This document shows positions 48,146-64,000 of a stretch of DNA of 64,000 nucleotides, piece by piece. Every line of letters begins with the position of its first letter. Position 1 is the stretch's first letter. Both the position numbers and the translations under genes were made by a program. Origin of the DNA: Eledone cirrhosa (taxonomy: Eukaryota); contig OZ024758.1 of NCBI GenBank assembly GCA_964016885.1, forward strand, positions 21,080,001 through 21,144,000, read 5' to 3'. Under the pieces are notes generated by a model. That model was not told where the DNA came from, made no database searches, and saw only the letters and a program-made list of their open reading frames with translations.

Positions 48146-48764
48146 ATGATTATTTCTACTTTAGCAACAAGGCCAGCAATATGAAGTGGAAGGCAAAATC
48201 GATTAAATGGGCCCCAGTGTGTTAGTGATGCTTAGGGAGATGTGTAAGTAGATATTAAATTTATATAATAATTATTTCTACTTTAGGCACAAGGCCAGCA
48301 ATTTGAAGGAAGAAGGGAAAGTTGATTAAACTGACCCCACTGTGTTAGTGATGCTTTAATATATAGACCCCTTAAGGATGAAAGGCAAATGCTACCTTGG
48401 CGGGATTTGAACTCAGAACATAAAGGGTCGTAACTATATGAAACGAAGCATGTTCTCCGGAGCTCTAATTCACAAAATAGTAAGGCAAAGAAAAGGCATT
48501 AGTACTACAGTTTTGATGGATGTTTCATCTAAAACACCCGATTGTGTATTTACATCTTATTACGATCCATGTCTCATTATTGGATTGGCAGTATCGGTAG
48601 AGGGTCAGATGCCATGCTTTGCAGTAAAGAGTTACGTTCCTTTATGATCTGAGTTCAAATCCCGCCGAAGTTGATTTTGCTTTCATCATTACGGGTTCGA
48701 TAAAATAAAGTACCAGTAATACAATGATATAATTGCTGGCCGTGTGCCAAAAGTAGAAACAATT
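48146..48764. mobile_element. Meta-like SINE copies: 48269-48455 (-) with duplicated 3' part at 48146-48235, and 48580-48764 (+)
   Basis: Similarity to other copies; ~120-bp tandem duplication. Confidence 0.75.
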
Positions 48765-50249
48765 ATATATCATTTATAAGGCACTCTAGCTGGAACCTCC
48801 TAGTATGTGTTACGTTCTCATACGTAATTTGAATATTCATTTCGAAATGTAAATGTAACTGAAAGAGAAATATTGATACCCTCCACGGAATTTTGATGTT
48901 TTTTTTCATAGTGTGTACTGCTAGATCTTCCTTTCCAACGTGGCACTATGACTCTACAATGTCATGACTGGAGAATAACGTGTAATGTAATTATGTCTGA
49001 TGCTAATGTGTCTTACGCCAACGTCTGAAAATGACATTTTAGTAGCTTACATTTTGATGTAAAATTCTTCAAAATAATCTGAGAGTTTTATGTTATTTTT
49101 CGATCTAAATATTCAAGTAATTATAAATATCGTTTCGAAATTTAACGATAAAACCCATGAATAATGATAAGAATGAATAGAGGTGAGATATTTTTATACA
49201 TTTACTTGTGGGATAGTACATTGAATTGAATTAATTTCAACAAGAATACAAGATAATCAATATCAATGCTAGTTAAATTGTTTTAGATAATCTAAATTCG
49301 TTACTGATATTCTTCAAATCTATACTGAAATATTTACAGGAAATACAAATATAAACTCTATTTGCTAAATGGAAAGATATATTTCTTCTAACTATGATAC
49401 ATATTAACCTTCAAGGCGTTCCGCCCTCCCACGAATATATTTTCTCTTATCGATTTAAACTGGAAGCCTTCAGTTTATTATATTTCGCTAATGCATTGAG
49501 GCCTATTATCAAAGAGTTTATAACTAGATGCAGACAATTATCAACTGTTTCTATAAGAATTGGTTTCTTGCTACTATGAACTAATATAAGCTCAGAGTAC
49601 TAAAAGTATGGAGATTTTTAAAAAAAAGGTAATATAATTTTGGCGAATGTACTTGAATTGATTGGTTGTTTTTGCTCAATTGAAGAGCTGGTATTTGTGA
49701 GTAATTTTTTATAGCATTCTTTCTGGGAGAAAGGGAAGAAATATATCCCACTTTTTGCTATGACATATTGTTTTGTTAACCTACTTTTTACTTCTTTCTA
49801 CTTGATATCCTAGTTATTGTACTGTTGTGGCTAAGTTATTTGTGGTAAACATTTCGTCTTCTTTCTACAACATTGTGCAATGCAATTGGTATTATTATTG
49901 TTGACGTATTTACTGTCTTGTTATCAGAAAGATCTCCATCTTTTTGCTTTTGTTTTTACCGTATTGTCAGAGACATTTGATTGAAACTAAGAAAAGAAAA
50001 TACGATAGCCTCTTGATTGTTTTCTGGATGAGACATATGATGTCCTCTTGGTGCGTTTTTAATGTTAGGCTAAATATAATACAAACCAATTATGTCGATG
50101 AAGATATGTCACATACTATGAAACACGAAAAATAGGGATATACTTACACGTTTGAAAATTGAAATGACGCCGCACATTTATAAAACAGAAACTAACATAC
50201 AGAATTTCATGTACAGAAGTTAAATACACACATACACACACACACACTC

Positions 50250-50362
<113 letters not shown>

Positions 50363-50614
50363 AATGACTTCTGCAATACTGGAAAAGTTTGTTTCATTCG
50401 TACGAAATATCATAGATATCATCCTGATGATTTTATTTCAATGAAACAGTTCTAGTTCTGTAGAAGTCATTTCTATAATTAATAAAAAATACTTATAATC
50501 TTTCAGCGCATTGAGACCCCATCTTAACCGTCGTAACACCGCCGACAACATAATTATAAAATGAGAGATATGAATGTATGCACATACGTGTGGATATGTA
50601 TATATATATATATA

Positions 50615-50681
<67 letters not shown>

Positions 50682-51369
50682 GCATATATATATAAGCTTA
50701 CGTATGTGACGATACTTCATGGCAGGAAACACGCCAACAATAAGAACGAAAAATAACCTTTGATCTACATATTGATAATCTGAATGAACACAGTGAGAAT
50801 GCTTAAAGCTTGTCCCAATATATTCCTGCATTTCGCTTCAGGCTATTCCTGTACCTTGTTCAAATTTGCATGATAGATATACGTTACTATAGCAACATCG
50901 AATGAACAATTATTGTGTGTGTTCCTTTTTTGTTTTGTGTTGTTTTTGTTAAATATTCATAATTTATTCCTCCTGAATTTTAACACAAAATGTAAATTTA
51001 CAATTTAGTATATCTTACACGAAACAAATATCTAAAATAAATATTATCTTTATCTGTAATCGGTAATAACATATCAGATCAGCAGTATGGCTAACAATAA
51101 CCGCATCTTAGAGATGTTATTTCCCTCTAAAATATCCAAACCCACCTCTCTCAATTTATATCCAAATTCATTGTAAAATTCTCAACTTTTCGTGGTAGTC
51201 TATTTGTTGAAATGCGTTTGTTTTACTCTTCCAAAGACATAAGGAATGGGTATAAATATATTTCGTTAGGATTGTAAATCGCTTGAATAGAGTTCCTTCT
51301 AAACATCAGGAAATATATCAAGACGTACATAGTAAATAGTCCTAACACAACCGCAAGAATATGGTCCGA

Positions 51370-51590
51370 ATGTGGAAAAGCCGAATCCCTCTGTCATCGC
51401 CTCCATCTATCTCGCCCTTCCTATCTCTCTGTATGGGTGAGCAAATGGGGTCCCACAACCTGGCCTGGCCTGCCCACAGCCCCGGCGGACAGGTAGGAGT
51501 CGGAGAAGGCGTTTCCGCGGAGGTTGGTAAGGGAGATGCGCTCGAAGAGCCATTTCAACTCGCGAGGCTAACACCTGCGGCTGGCTAGCA
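51370..51590 (-). mobile_element. 3' fragment of CRE-clade non-LTR retrotransposon
   Basis: GC-rich; minus-strand frame LASRRC*PRELKWLFERISLTNLRGNAFS resembles the CRE endonuclease C-terminal motif. Confidence 0.55.
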
Positions 51591-51898
51591 TCAGGGCGTA
51601 TGGAGGTAGCATCAGTGCTTGTTATCAAACAGACAATGTTGTTATCCGGCAATCTAGGCTGATATTTTCCTCTAAAATAGATATTTCCATAGCCTTGACA
51701 TTGCTCATGGTCCTTTTTCCGGTCCTCAAGACTGCTGCGTTACAATACATCATGGCGTATGGAGGTAGCATCACTGCTTGTTATCAAACAGACAATGTTG
51801 TTATGCGGCAATCTAGGCAGCTACCTAGATATTTCCATAGCCTTGACAATGCTCATGGTCCTTTTTCCGGTCTTCAAGACTGCTGCGTTACAATACAT
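51588..51898. repeat. ~160-bp tandem duplication
   Basis: GGCGTATGGAGGTAGCATCA...CTGCTGCGTTACAATACAT twice. Confidence 0.9.
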
Positions 51899-52082
51899 AT
51901 ACTAAAAACATTAATTAATCCTCTTTATTTGTATTACCAACACATTCAGTGAGAATATCTGACGTATTTCTAAATCTGCTTCTCATTTTATGATGTCCAT
52001 CCTCGGCTGCTTAGAGTAGCCTAGCAAAAGAATCACATGATTCGGATAGTCTTCTCCATCTTATGAAAGGCATTTCGTACAA

Positions 52083-52270
52083 TAATTGTTTCTACTTTTG
52101 GCACAAGGCCAGCAAATACTTAGTTCATTACTGGTACTTTATTTTATCGGCCCCGTAAGGATGAAAGGCAAAGTTAACCTCGGCGGGATTTGAACTCAGA
52201 ATGGCAAGGGCTGTAACTCTATGCGTCAAAGCATGGCGTCCGACCCTCTACCGATACTACCAATCCACCG
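52083..52270 (-). mobile_element. Meta-domain-like SINE copy
   Basis: Similar to other copies. Confidence 0.85.
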
Positions 52271-52349
52271 ATAATGATATCTGTTTTAGTGAAATCAGAT
52301 TCGTGTCAAGTAAAAATTGTTGAATCTTAGCTATATAAAATTGCTAATG

Positions 52350-53010
<661 letters not shown>

Positions 53011-53591
53011 GCAGCAGCAGTAACGGTAGCAAGAAGTAGAAAAAGAAGCAGAAGAACACCACCACCACCAACAACAACAACAACGCAAACAACAACCACA
53101 ACAACAACAACAACCACAACAACAACAACAACAGTTACGCCAGCAAGAAGAAGAAGAACAATAACAATAACAACAACAACAACAACAGAAACGACAACAA
53201 CAACAACTACAACAACAACGATAACCTTGTGCAATATATATAGCCTTACATGCCTATTATTTATGTATGTTTTAACACAAACATACACTAAAGTCAACTT
53301 AAAACGCGAAACAATTAGCAGACGATATAATAATAATTTATCATTTTTATATAACGTATTAGTTGTTTTAAATCACGAACACCCATTCATTTTCAGAAAA
53401 AATGTTCTGCCTGAATATATCTACTTGAGGTAAAGAAATTCTCCATTGCTCTAAGGGTACTTGACATTTTCATTGAAATAAAGTAAGAGATCTAAAACTA
53501 AATTTGGTAAACAGTGAATTTCAGAAATACATTAATAATAGCAGAGTCTACTTAAATTAAAAGCTTTCCTATAAAACTTAGCTAACAATAA

Positions 53592-53638
<47 letters not shown>

Positions 53639-53681
53639 GAAAGGTATAGAAAACATTGTAGCAAAAAGCCAACAGTATTCC

Positions 53682-53725
<44 letters not shown>

Positions 53726-53992
53726 GAAAAAAGATGAAATCGAAAATGCAACTGGAGTCTTTTTTTTTAAATACATATTTGCTTGGTTCCTTTACCGGAT
53801 TAACAGTTCTACTACTTTTGAAAAGTAGAATTGAGATGGAGGGTTTGTGGTTTTTCTCACATCTTTTTTCGTTATACTTTCACTCGTATAGGACACCTCG
53901 GTTTCCTTTCATCTTGTAAAAATACCTCACTTTCTAATATATATATACATATATATATATATTTGTTATACTTGGGGATGGTCATATTGTTG

Positions 53993-54061
<69 letters not shown>

Positions 54062-54916
54062 CTGCTCATACGATAGGAGAACCAATTGTAGAGTGTGTTT
54101 AAAGAGAGAGAGTCAGGCCTTTTTTTTATAATATAAAACAGAGTAAACTAATTACTCGAAGTAGAAAGAGGGAAACACCTGCATTTCCAAAGGTAGGGCG
54201 ATCCATTGATTCAGACGAAATAGGATATGTATATGTCAAGACCCAGAATTTGACTCGGAAGGAATTAAATATTGTGATATTAATACCTTTTCTAATTATA
54301 TGAAAGGTGCAAAGAAACTAAATTGTCAACGATCAACAAGTGGTGCCATCAATTTCTTTTTACTTTTCAGCAGAAATGGAGTTAAATGGAATAATATGAA
54401 TAAATATGATTGCTAGGAAAATTGAAATGGTATACTAATTGCGATTGACATGTTTCGTTAGGAAGCTTTCAAAACTTTTCCGAAAAGTTTTGATTTCCTT
54501 TTAAAAGAGATAGAATACTTTATACACTTAAGTCAATTACGTAAAATTAACAAGATAATCAAGTAGAAATAGGCTTGCGTGTTTCAGTGTCTTTGCATTT
54601 TAAGAAATAAATTCATAGAATGAATTTCTTAAAATGTCTCCAAAGCTAATTAAATTCTGTTATCTTCAGAAATAAATAGACTGCATTTAAAGAATCGATA
54701 TACAATATCCAGTTTGGCTTCTTTATAAATTATCTGAGAACTATACAATAAGCCTAATATTTTATTTGGAAATCATTTTCGAATCTGACATAGTATCGTA
54801 TAATTTCTATGTGGAAGGGATTAAAACGAAACCAATTCATTGCACTTGTGTGTGTGTGTGACAACTCACAGCTATGCAGGTTTAGCTGGCCTCCTACAAG
54901 GTATATCTCGTTGAGT

Positions 54917-55082
54917 AATAATTGTTTCAACTTTTCGCACAAGGCCAGCAACTATCCCAGTGTATTACTGGTACTTTATTTCATCGACCTCGTACGGATG
55001 AAAGGCAAAGTTAATATCGGTGGGATTTGAACTCATACTGTAAAGGGGCGTAACTCTATCCTACGTCCGACTCACTGCCAAT
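54917..55082 (-). mobile_element. Meta-domain-like SINE copy
   Basis: Similar to other copies. Confidence 0.75.
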
Positions 55083-55350
55083 CGAAATGTAGACAAACAC
55101 AATGTTAGACAGCATGACATGTCATTTCCACCTGACAAATCATACAACTGAGAGCAGTATCCCCTGGAGCACATGATTTTCGTGACAGCATGGTCACCCA
55201 ATATGTATATGTATTATATACTAAAATATATTAATTTTACAGATTAAAATTCTGTTCTATGCTTTTATATATTTTGATATATATATCATACTTATCGAGC
55301 CCTCTTCGGATTTTAGTCTCCACATTTATCATTATTACTATATATATAAA

Positions 55351-55540
55351 GGGCGGTGAATTGGCAGTATCGGTAGAGGGTTGGATGCCATGCTTTGATG
55401 CATAGAGTTACGGCCCTTGCCATTCTGAGTTCAAATCCCGCCGAGGTTAACTTTGCCTTTCATCCTTACGGGGTCGATAAAATAAAGTACCAGTAATGCA
55501 GTGGGTAATTGCTGGCCTTGTGCCAAAAGTAGAAACAATT
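55351..55540 (+). mobile_element. Meta-domain-like SINE, full-length copy
   Basis: GGCGGTGAATTGGCAGTATCGGTAGAG head, GAGTTCAAATCC B box, Meta-like core. Confidence 0.85.
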
Positions 55541-55542
55541 AT

Positions 55543-55649
<107 letters not shown>

Positions 55650-55994
55650 GAGTATGTATAGAAAAAGTGAGAAAGGTTTATTATGCATATCTATGTATAA
55701 GTATATATATTTATATATAGATTGATATATATAAAAGTGAGAATGTGTGTGTGTCTGTGTACACATTTGGATACCTAAGGCTTTTACAATTACCATACGA
55801 ATGTTACCAAATTTTCTGTGCACGTTGCACATGTCGCTAAGATGGTCACATCACAATTATTTTTCCAATCGACCAACATTGAGCAATAAAAAATCCATAT
55901 CAAAATTATCCGTACCAAAATTGATGTAAGGGAGATAACCACCTTTATTGACAATCCTTATAAAAAAGAGGGAGATAACCAACTTTATTAACAA

Positions 55995-56681
55995 TCCATA
56001 TTTTCCCCTTCGTGTTGCTTTTGCGATGTCCATAAACAAGTCGCAATGTCAAACTTTGTCCGCCACTGGAATTCACTTGGATGAACCTTGCTTTTCGCAC
56101 GGACAATTCGACGTTGCCTGCTCACGAGTTGGCACTCGAGATATTCACTTTGCGTTTGTTCCGAAAAGAAAAACAAAGAATGTCGTCTATCCGGAAGTGC
56201 TTTAGTGTTAACAAAAAAATTTATTGAAGCTCTGCCTTGACTTCACCTTACTCATTACAAAACATACCAATGAATATGTCATGCAGGATATTTTGGATTA
56301 TCAGTTCAAAATTTAACCATACACAGCAAAAGATGCTCTCAAAGAATAAATTTTCTCTTATTCTACTCTTATTGGTTTTTTTTTGTATACAACTCTGCTT
56401 TCATTACAACCCTGTGTACTTTAGCAAAACTGCCTGTTTTTTTTACAGATTTGCAACGTGCATTGTCTTTAATCATTTGTATAACTACATCCTTTTCAGA
56501 GTTTTCCTTCATTATCAACATAGTTGTATGTGTACAGAGATTGCACGAAATATTCGTTTGCATTACTTATTGAAAACTTCTGCTTATTTTGAAAGGTTGC
56601 GGACGAATAATGTTCTTTTATTCCTAGATGTATATTCTTAGCATAATTTCAAACCCCGAGCAACGCCGGGTAAATCTGCTA

Positions 56682-56682
<1 letters not shown>
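55995..56682 (+). mobile_element. Helitron 3' fragment (Pif1-type helicase C-terminus, subterminal hairpin, CTAG end)
   Basis: FPLRVAFAMSINKSQCQTL...PCFSHGQFDVACSRV...TKNVVYPEVL*; CCCGAGCAACGCCGGG hairpin at 56655-56670; CTAG at 56679-56682 followed by T. Confidence 0.88.
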
Positions 56683-56719
<37 letters not shown>

Positions 56720-56913
56720 TGAAAACATTAAATTATTCATAACAAGCTCATATGTCCCAAGGCTCTGATACCATCAACACTATAGACACAGCGCTGGCAT
56801 ATTTAAGAACTGACTAACTATATGATGAGGTCATAGCCATTCAATGGTTATCATCGAAATATATATAGCAGTAAATAAAGGATTATGAGTTCATGCAATT
56901 GACTTATGTTCCG

Positions 56914-57411
<498 letters not shown>

Positions 57412-57455
57412 CATATATAATATAAGATCAAAAGATGGTTAAAGGAGTTCAATAT

Positions 57456-57524
57456 ATTTTATTATGCGCATTTCAAAAACAAACATCATCAAACAATAAT
57501 ATTTGTGTTTTCATCAGATAAAAC
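57456..57524 (-). ncRNA. Type-I hammerhead ribozyme
   Basis: Inverted copy of 62512-62580. Confidence 0.8.
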
Positions 57525-58722
57525 AGGAGAACATGATATGAAGGCTAAAAAAACACTTGTTGATAGTGCAGTTTTAAATCAACATATGAAAAGTGGTTTT
57601 AGATTGATGTGTGATATTGGGAAAAATATTTTATTTAGAGAGGGGGGGAGAGAAAAGGATGAAAAGGGAAGGAGATGAGAGGGAGAGATGGGTGATAGAG
57701 AGAAAGAGATAGTTTTTATAACTGAGAGGAGATATATTTTATATAGAGGGGTTGAAAACCGCTGGAAGATACTGTATAAATTAAAAATTTTGAAAATTAA
57801 CGAAGGGAGGATATGTGCGAGGAAAAAATATATTATATTTAGGGAGGGGGGGGGGGTAGGATGAACAAAAAAAAGGGGAGGAGATGAGAGTGAAGGTGGA
57901 AAGGAAGAGATGGGTGATAGAGAGAAAGAGATAGTTTTTATAACTGAGAAAAAGATATAATGTTTTAATATAGAGAGGTTGGGAACCGTTGGAAGATAAT
58001 GTATAAATTAAAGGAATTTGAAAATTAACGAAGGGAAATTATGTATGGAGATAGAGAGAAAAAAATAATAATTGTGGGTGAATATTCTAACGTCAAAAGA
58101 AGAAATGTAGGAATTTTAAAATTAGCAAAGAGAAAAAGTTTATGTGTAGAAGGATTTGAGAAAAATAATGTGAAGTTAAAGTTTGTATATTGAATTCATA
58201 TGTATTAATAATGAGTTCGTTGATGGGGAGAAAAAAATAATAATAAATTAAGGATGAAATTGAGATTAAAGATTTATGATAGAGATAAAAAATAATAATG
58301 ATTGCGGATGAATACTCAAAATGTCAAAAACAAATGTTATTGTTTTACGAGGAGATAGAAAGAGGGTGATGAGTAAACGGGTATTATAGAGTGTATAATG
58401 CCCTTTAAAGTAAGGTAGATGGGTATATTTTAAAGAATATATGAGTATATATTAAAAAAAATATATAATAATAAATTAAGGATGAACTTGAGATTAAAAA
58501 GATTTATGATAGAGGGAAAAAAATAATAATGATTGCGGATGAATATTCAAAATGTCAAAAACAAATGTTATTGTTTTACGAGAAGATAGGATGAGGGTAA
58601 TGAGTAAACGAGTATTATAGAGTGTATAATGCCCTTTAAAGTAAGGTAGATGGGTATATTTTAAAGAGGTGTATGTATATGTGCCTTTGAGAAAAGATTC
58701 TAAATTGATAAAGAATTGAATA

Positions 58723-60008
58723 TTAACTGTATACTTTGTGAAAAGTTCTATGGAATTTATGCAGGCAGATGGAAAACAAATCCGAGCGTCTATTTATTAT
58801 GGATTCTAGGTTAGAGATAATGGTAAATTTTTCATTTAGGCAGAGATTACAGATTTTAGATAGAGAGCTGTTCAAGTACGAGGATGCAGAAGAAATCTTT
58901 TTCCAAAAGATGTTATATTTAATGTTTTTGTCTTTTAAGGACCATATGAGTTCTGAGAGAGCAGTGTTAGTTCTTTTAAGTTTGTATTTGAAAGATGAAT
59001 GATGATTATAGAGACGAGCTTTAAAAGAGGTGGAAGTGGAGCCAAAATAGGTGAAGGAATTGGTGCTAGTTATAATTTTACATTCATAAATTAAGTTTTT
59101 ATCGAGGCAATGGTTGTTGAGAGGACATTTATTTTTAATGCGGCAGTTGCAATTAGAGAGATTATTAATGAGTGATCTAGTGTTATCTATAGAAGGAATT
59201 GGATTGGAGAAGTTGTTTGCGATAGGAATAATAGGAATAATAGTTTCTTGATTTAGAGTTGGATTATGAACATTTAGCGAAGTTGTGTTTGACGTTGCAT
59301 TTGGGTTTACAGAAGTTAGCCTAGGGTTTACAATGACGTCAGGAGTACTATTATTGTTATTATGAAATTCAATATTGGAAGGAAGAGATTTAGTATTTAA
59401 TATTTTGTTGTTGTGTTTAGAGATGATGTTGGAAATATTGGAGGATGTAGAATACGAAAATTTGATGGTGTGTTTGTTAAATATTTTACTATAGATATGT
59501 GAGGGAGGGAAGCATTTATTTAAGGCACTAAAAAATAATTTAGGAATATTGTTATTAATAGAGATGGAGAAAGGAGCATTATACCAGATTATGTTTTTGT
59601 ATCTAGGTCTTTTATTAAAATTATTGGAATGGTTATGATTAAATATTCTACTGTAAGTTTTCCTAGAATTTGTTTCTTTATTATATTTGATTTTATCTGG
59701 ATAGCCGGCTTTAGAAAGTGCGTTAATATAGTAATTGGCGTTAGCATCAAAGATGTTTTTATTAGAAGATATGTTAGATATTCTATTTCCAATATTATTA
59801 ACTATAGCATTCTTGATATTGGTAGGATGGTTAGATTTAAAGTTAACATAATTAAGATTCTCATTGTTTTTATGGTAAGGGTAATATAGGCCAGTGTCAA
59901 GATTAAGAGATACATCCAAGAAATTAGCTAGTTTGGTACTATTATCAAATTCAATTTTTAGGTTATGTTGGTTAAAGAGATTACGTATATTGTTCTTAAT
60001 AATATTAA
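58723..60008 (-). pseudogene. Truncated PLE ORF: RT thumb + GIY-YIG endonuclease
   Basis: NFLDVSLNL, CNCRIKNKCPL, LIYEC...YFGST, CNLC; lacks the YxDD region and a real start. Confidence 0.88.
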
Positions 60009-60026
60009 ATTGCAATATAGTTAAAC

Positions 60027-61312
60027 TTAATATTATTAAGAACAATATACGTAATCTCTTTAACCAACATAACCTAAAAATTGAATTTGATAATAGTACC
60101 AAACTAGCTAATTTCTTGGATGTATCTCTTAATCTTGACACTGGCCTATATTACCCTTACCATAAAAACAATGATAATCTTAATTATGTTAACTTTAAAT
60201 CTAACCATCCTACCAATATCAAGAATGCTATAGTTAATAATATTGGAAATAGAATATCTAACATATCTTCTAATAAAAACATCTTTGATGCTAACGCCAA
60301 TTACTATAATAACGCACTTTCTAAAGCCGGCTATCCAGATAAAATCAAATATAATAAAGAAACAAATTCTAGGAAAACTTACAGTAGAATATTTAATCAT
60401 AACCATTCCAATAATTTTAATAAAAGACCTAGATACAAAAACATAATCTGGTATAATGCTCCTTTCTCCATCTCTATTAATAACAATATTCCTAAATTAT
60501 TTTTTAGTGCCTTAAATAAATGCTTCCCTCCCTCACATATCTATAGTAAAATATTTAACAAACACACCATCAAATTTTCGTATTCTACATCCTCCAATAT
60601 TTCCAACATCATCTCTAAACACAACAACAAAATATTAAATACTAAATCTCTTCCTTCCAATATTGAATTTCATAATAACAATAATAGTACTCCTGACGTC
60701 ATTGTAAACCCTAGGCTAACTTCTGTAAACCCAAATGCAACATCAAACACAACTTCGCTAAATGTTCATAATCCAACTCTAAATCAAGAAACTATTATTC
60801 CTATTATTCCTATCGCAAACAACTTCTCCAATCCAATTCCTTCTATAGATAACACTAGATCACTCATTAATAATCTCTCTAATTGCAACTGCCGCATTAA
60901 AAATAAATGTCCTCTCAACAACCATTGCCTCGATAAAAACTTAATTTATGAATGTAAAATTATAACTAGCACCAATTCCTTCACCTATTTTGGCTCCACT
61001 TCCACCTCTTTTAAAGCTCGTCTCTATAATCATCATTCATCTTTCAAATACAAACTTAAAAGAACTAACACTGCTCTCTCAGAACTCATATGGTCCTTAA
61101 AAGACAAAAACATTAAATATAACATCTTTTGGAAAAAGATTTCTTCTGCATCCTCGTACTTGAACAGCTCTCTATCTAAAATCTGTAATCTCTGCCTAAA
61201 TGAAAAATTTACCATTATCTCTAACCTAGAATCCATAATAAATAGACGCTCGGATTTGTTTTCCATCTGCCTGCATAAATTCCATAGAACTTTTCACAAA
61301 GTATACAGTTAA
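60027..61312 (+). pseudogene. Truncated PLE ORF: RT thumb + GIY-YIG endonuclease
   Basis: As left arm; predicted N-terminal ~40 aa are antisense read-through across the palindrome centre. Confidence 0.88.
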
Positions 61313-62511
61313 TATTCAATTCTTTATCAATTTAGAATCTTTTCTCAAAGGCACATATACATACACCTCTTTAAAATATACCCATCTACCTTACTTTAAA
61401 GGGCATTATACACTCTATAATACTCGTTTACTCATTACCCTCATCCTATCTTCTCGTAAAACAATAACATTTGTTTTTGACATTTTGAATATTCATCCGC
61501 AATCATTATTATTTTTTTCCCTCTATCATAAATCTTTTTAATCTCAATTTCATCCTTAATTTATTATTATATATTTTTTTTAATATATACTCATATATTC
61601 TTTAAAATATACCCATCTACCTTACTTTAAAGGGCATTATACACTCTATAATACCCGTTTACTCATCACCCTCTTTCTATCTCCTCGTAAAACAATAACA
61701 TTTGTTTTTGACATTTTGAGTATTCATCCGCAATCATTATTATTTTTTATCTCTATCATAAATCTTTAATCTCAATTTCATCCTTAATTTATTATTATTT
61801 TTTTCTCCCCATCAACGAACTCATTATTAATACATATGAATTCAATATACAAACTTTAACTTCACATTATTTTTCTCAAATCCTTCTACACATAAACTTT
61901 TTCTCTTTGCTAATTTTAAAATTCCTACATTTCTTCTTTTGACGTTAGAATATTCACCCACAATTATTATTTTTTTCTCTCTATCTCCATACATAATTTC
62001 CCTTCGTTAATTTTCAAATTCCTTTAATTTATACATTATCTTCCAACGGTTCCCAACCTCTCTATATTAAAACATTATATCTTTTTCTCAGTTATAAAAA
62101 CTATCTCTTTCTCTCTATCACCCATCTCTCCCTTTCCACCTTCACTCTCATCTCCTCCCCTTTTTTTTTTCATCCTTTCCCCCCCCCCCTCCCTAAATAT
62201 AATATATTTTTTCCTCGCACATATCCTCCCTTCGATAATTTTCAAAATTTTTAATTTATACAGTGTCTTCCAACGGTTTTCAACCCCTCTATATAAAATA
62301 TATCTCCTCTCAGTTATAAAAACTATCTCTTTCTCTCTATCACCCATCTCTCCCTCTCATCTCCTTCCCTTTTCATCCTTTTCTCTCCCCCCCTCTCTAA
62401 ATAAAATATTTTTTCCCAATATCACACATCAATCTAAAACCACTTTTCATATGTTGATTTAAAACTGCACTATCAACAAGTGTTTTTTTAGCCTTCATAT
62501 CATGTTCTCCT

Positions 62512-62580
62512 GTTTTATCTGATGAAAACACAAATATTATTGTTTGATGATGTTTGTTTTTGAAATGCGCATAATAAAAT
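62512..62580 (+). ncRNA. Type-I hammerhead ribozyme
   Basis: TTTTAT CTGATGA AAACACAAATATTAT...ATGATGTTTGTTTTT GAAA TGCGCA TA ATAAAA. Confidence 0.85.
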
Positions 62581-62705
62581 ATATTGAACTCCTTTAACCA
62601 TCTTTTGATCTTATATTATGCATACTCCAGTCCCACAAACTGTAGAGTGCTTCTTATCCGATATCTGCATTGCTTTATTGTACTACAATAAAACTCACCT
62701 CCTAC

Positions 62706-62918
<213 letters not shown>

Positions 62919-62961
62919 CATATATATATATATACATATATATACATATATATATATATAC

Positions 62962-63003
<42 letters not shown>

Positions 63004-63033
63004 GTATATATATATACATATATATATATATAC

Positions 63034-63156
<123 letters not shown>

Positions 63157-63233
63157 CGGAACATAAGTCAATTGTATGAACTCATAATCCTTTATTTACT
63201 GCTATATATATTTCGATGATAACCATTGAATGG

Positions 63234-64000
<767 letters not shown>

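Larger units (their letters stand above)
57419..60008 (-). mobile_element. 5'-truncated Naiad-type PLE (family D), left arm of palindrome
   Basis: Reverse complement of 60027-62618. Confidence 0.9.
60027..62705 (+). mobile_element. 5'-truncated Naiad-type PLE (family D), right arm with complete 3' end
   Basis: ORF remnant, 1.4-kb 3' UTR, HHR, 3' end matching 8093-8280, then (TA)n. Confidence 0.9.

Noticed and set aside
59894-60026. N-terminus MSRLRDTSKK... of the two 472-aa ORFs
   Set aside because: Antisense of the opposite arm with a GTG pseudo-start; not genuine protein

Overview
AT-rich, microsatellite-saturated eukaryotic DNA whose repeat content resembles an octopus/cephalopod genome (inference). 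No host protein-coding gene is recognisable; the YI/CV/HT-type ORFs are microsatellite artefacts. The window is dominated by Penelope-like elements (PLEs) of the Naiad type inserted in (TA)n: (i) a full-length, apparently intact element at 36198-43087 (-) with an 813-aa RT + GIY-YIG ORF and two visually identical 397-bp direct repeats; (ii) a ~6.4-kb palindrome (56834-63236) of two head-to-head 5'-truncated copies of a second family; (iii) a decayed third family with inverted ends; (iv) many short fold-back fragments. About a dozen type-I hammerhead ribozyme (HHR) motifs can be folded by eye in these elements. In four otherwise unalignable families they share an extended stem II with a C.C or C.U mismatch at the 4th pair, and one has a 116-nt stem II. 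Also present: a tRNA-Glu(CTC)-like gene abutting a SINE, about 13 Meta-domain-like SINE copies, CORE-type SINEs, and 3' fragments of Dong/R4, RTE, RTE-X, CR1/L2-like and CRE retrotransposons and a Helitron. All coordinates and pairings were read by eye.
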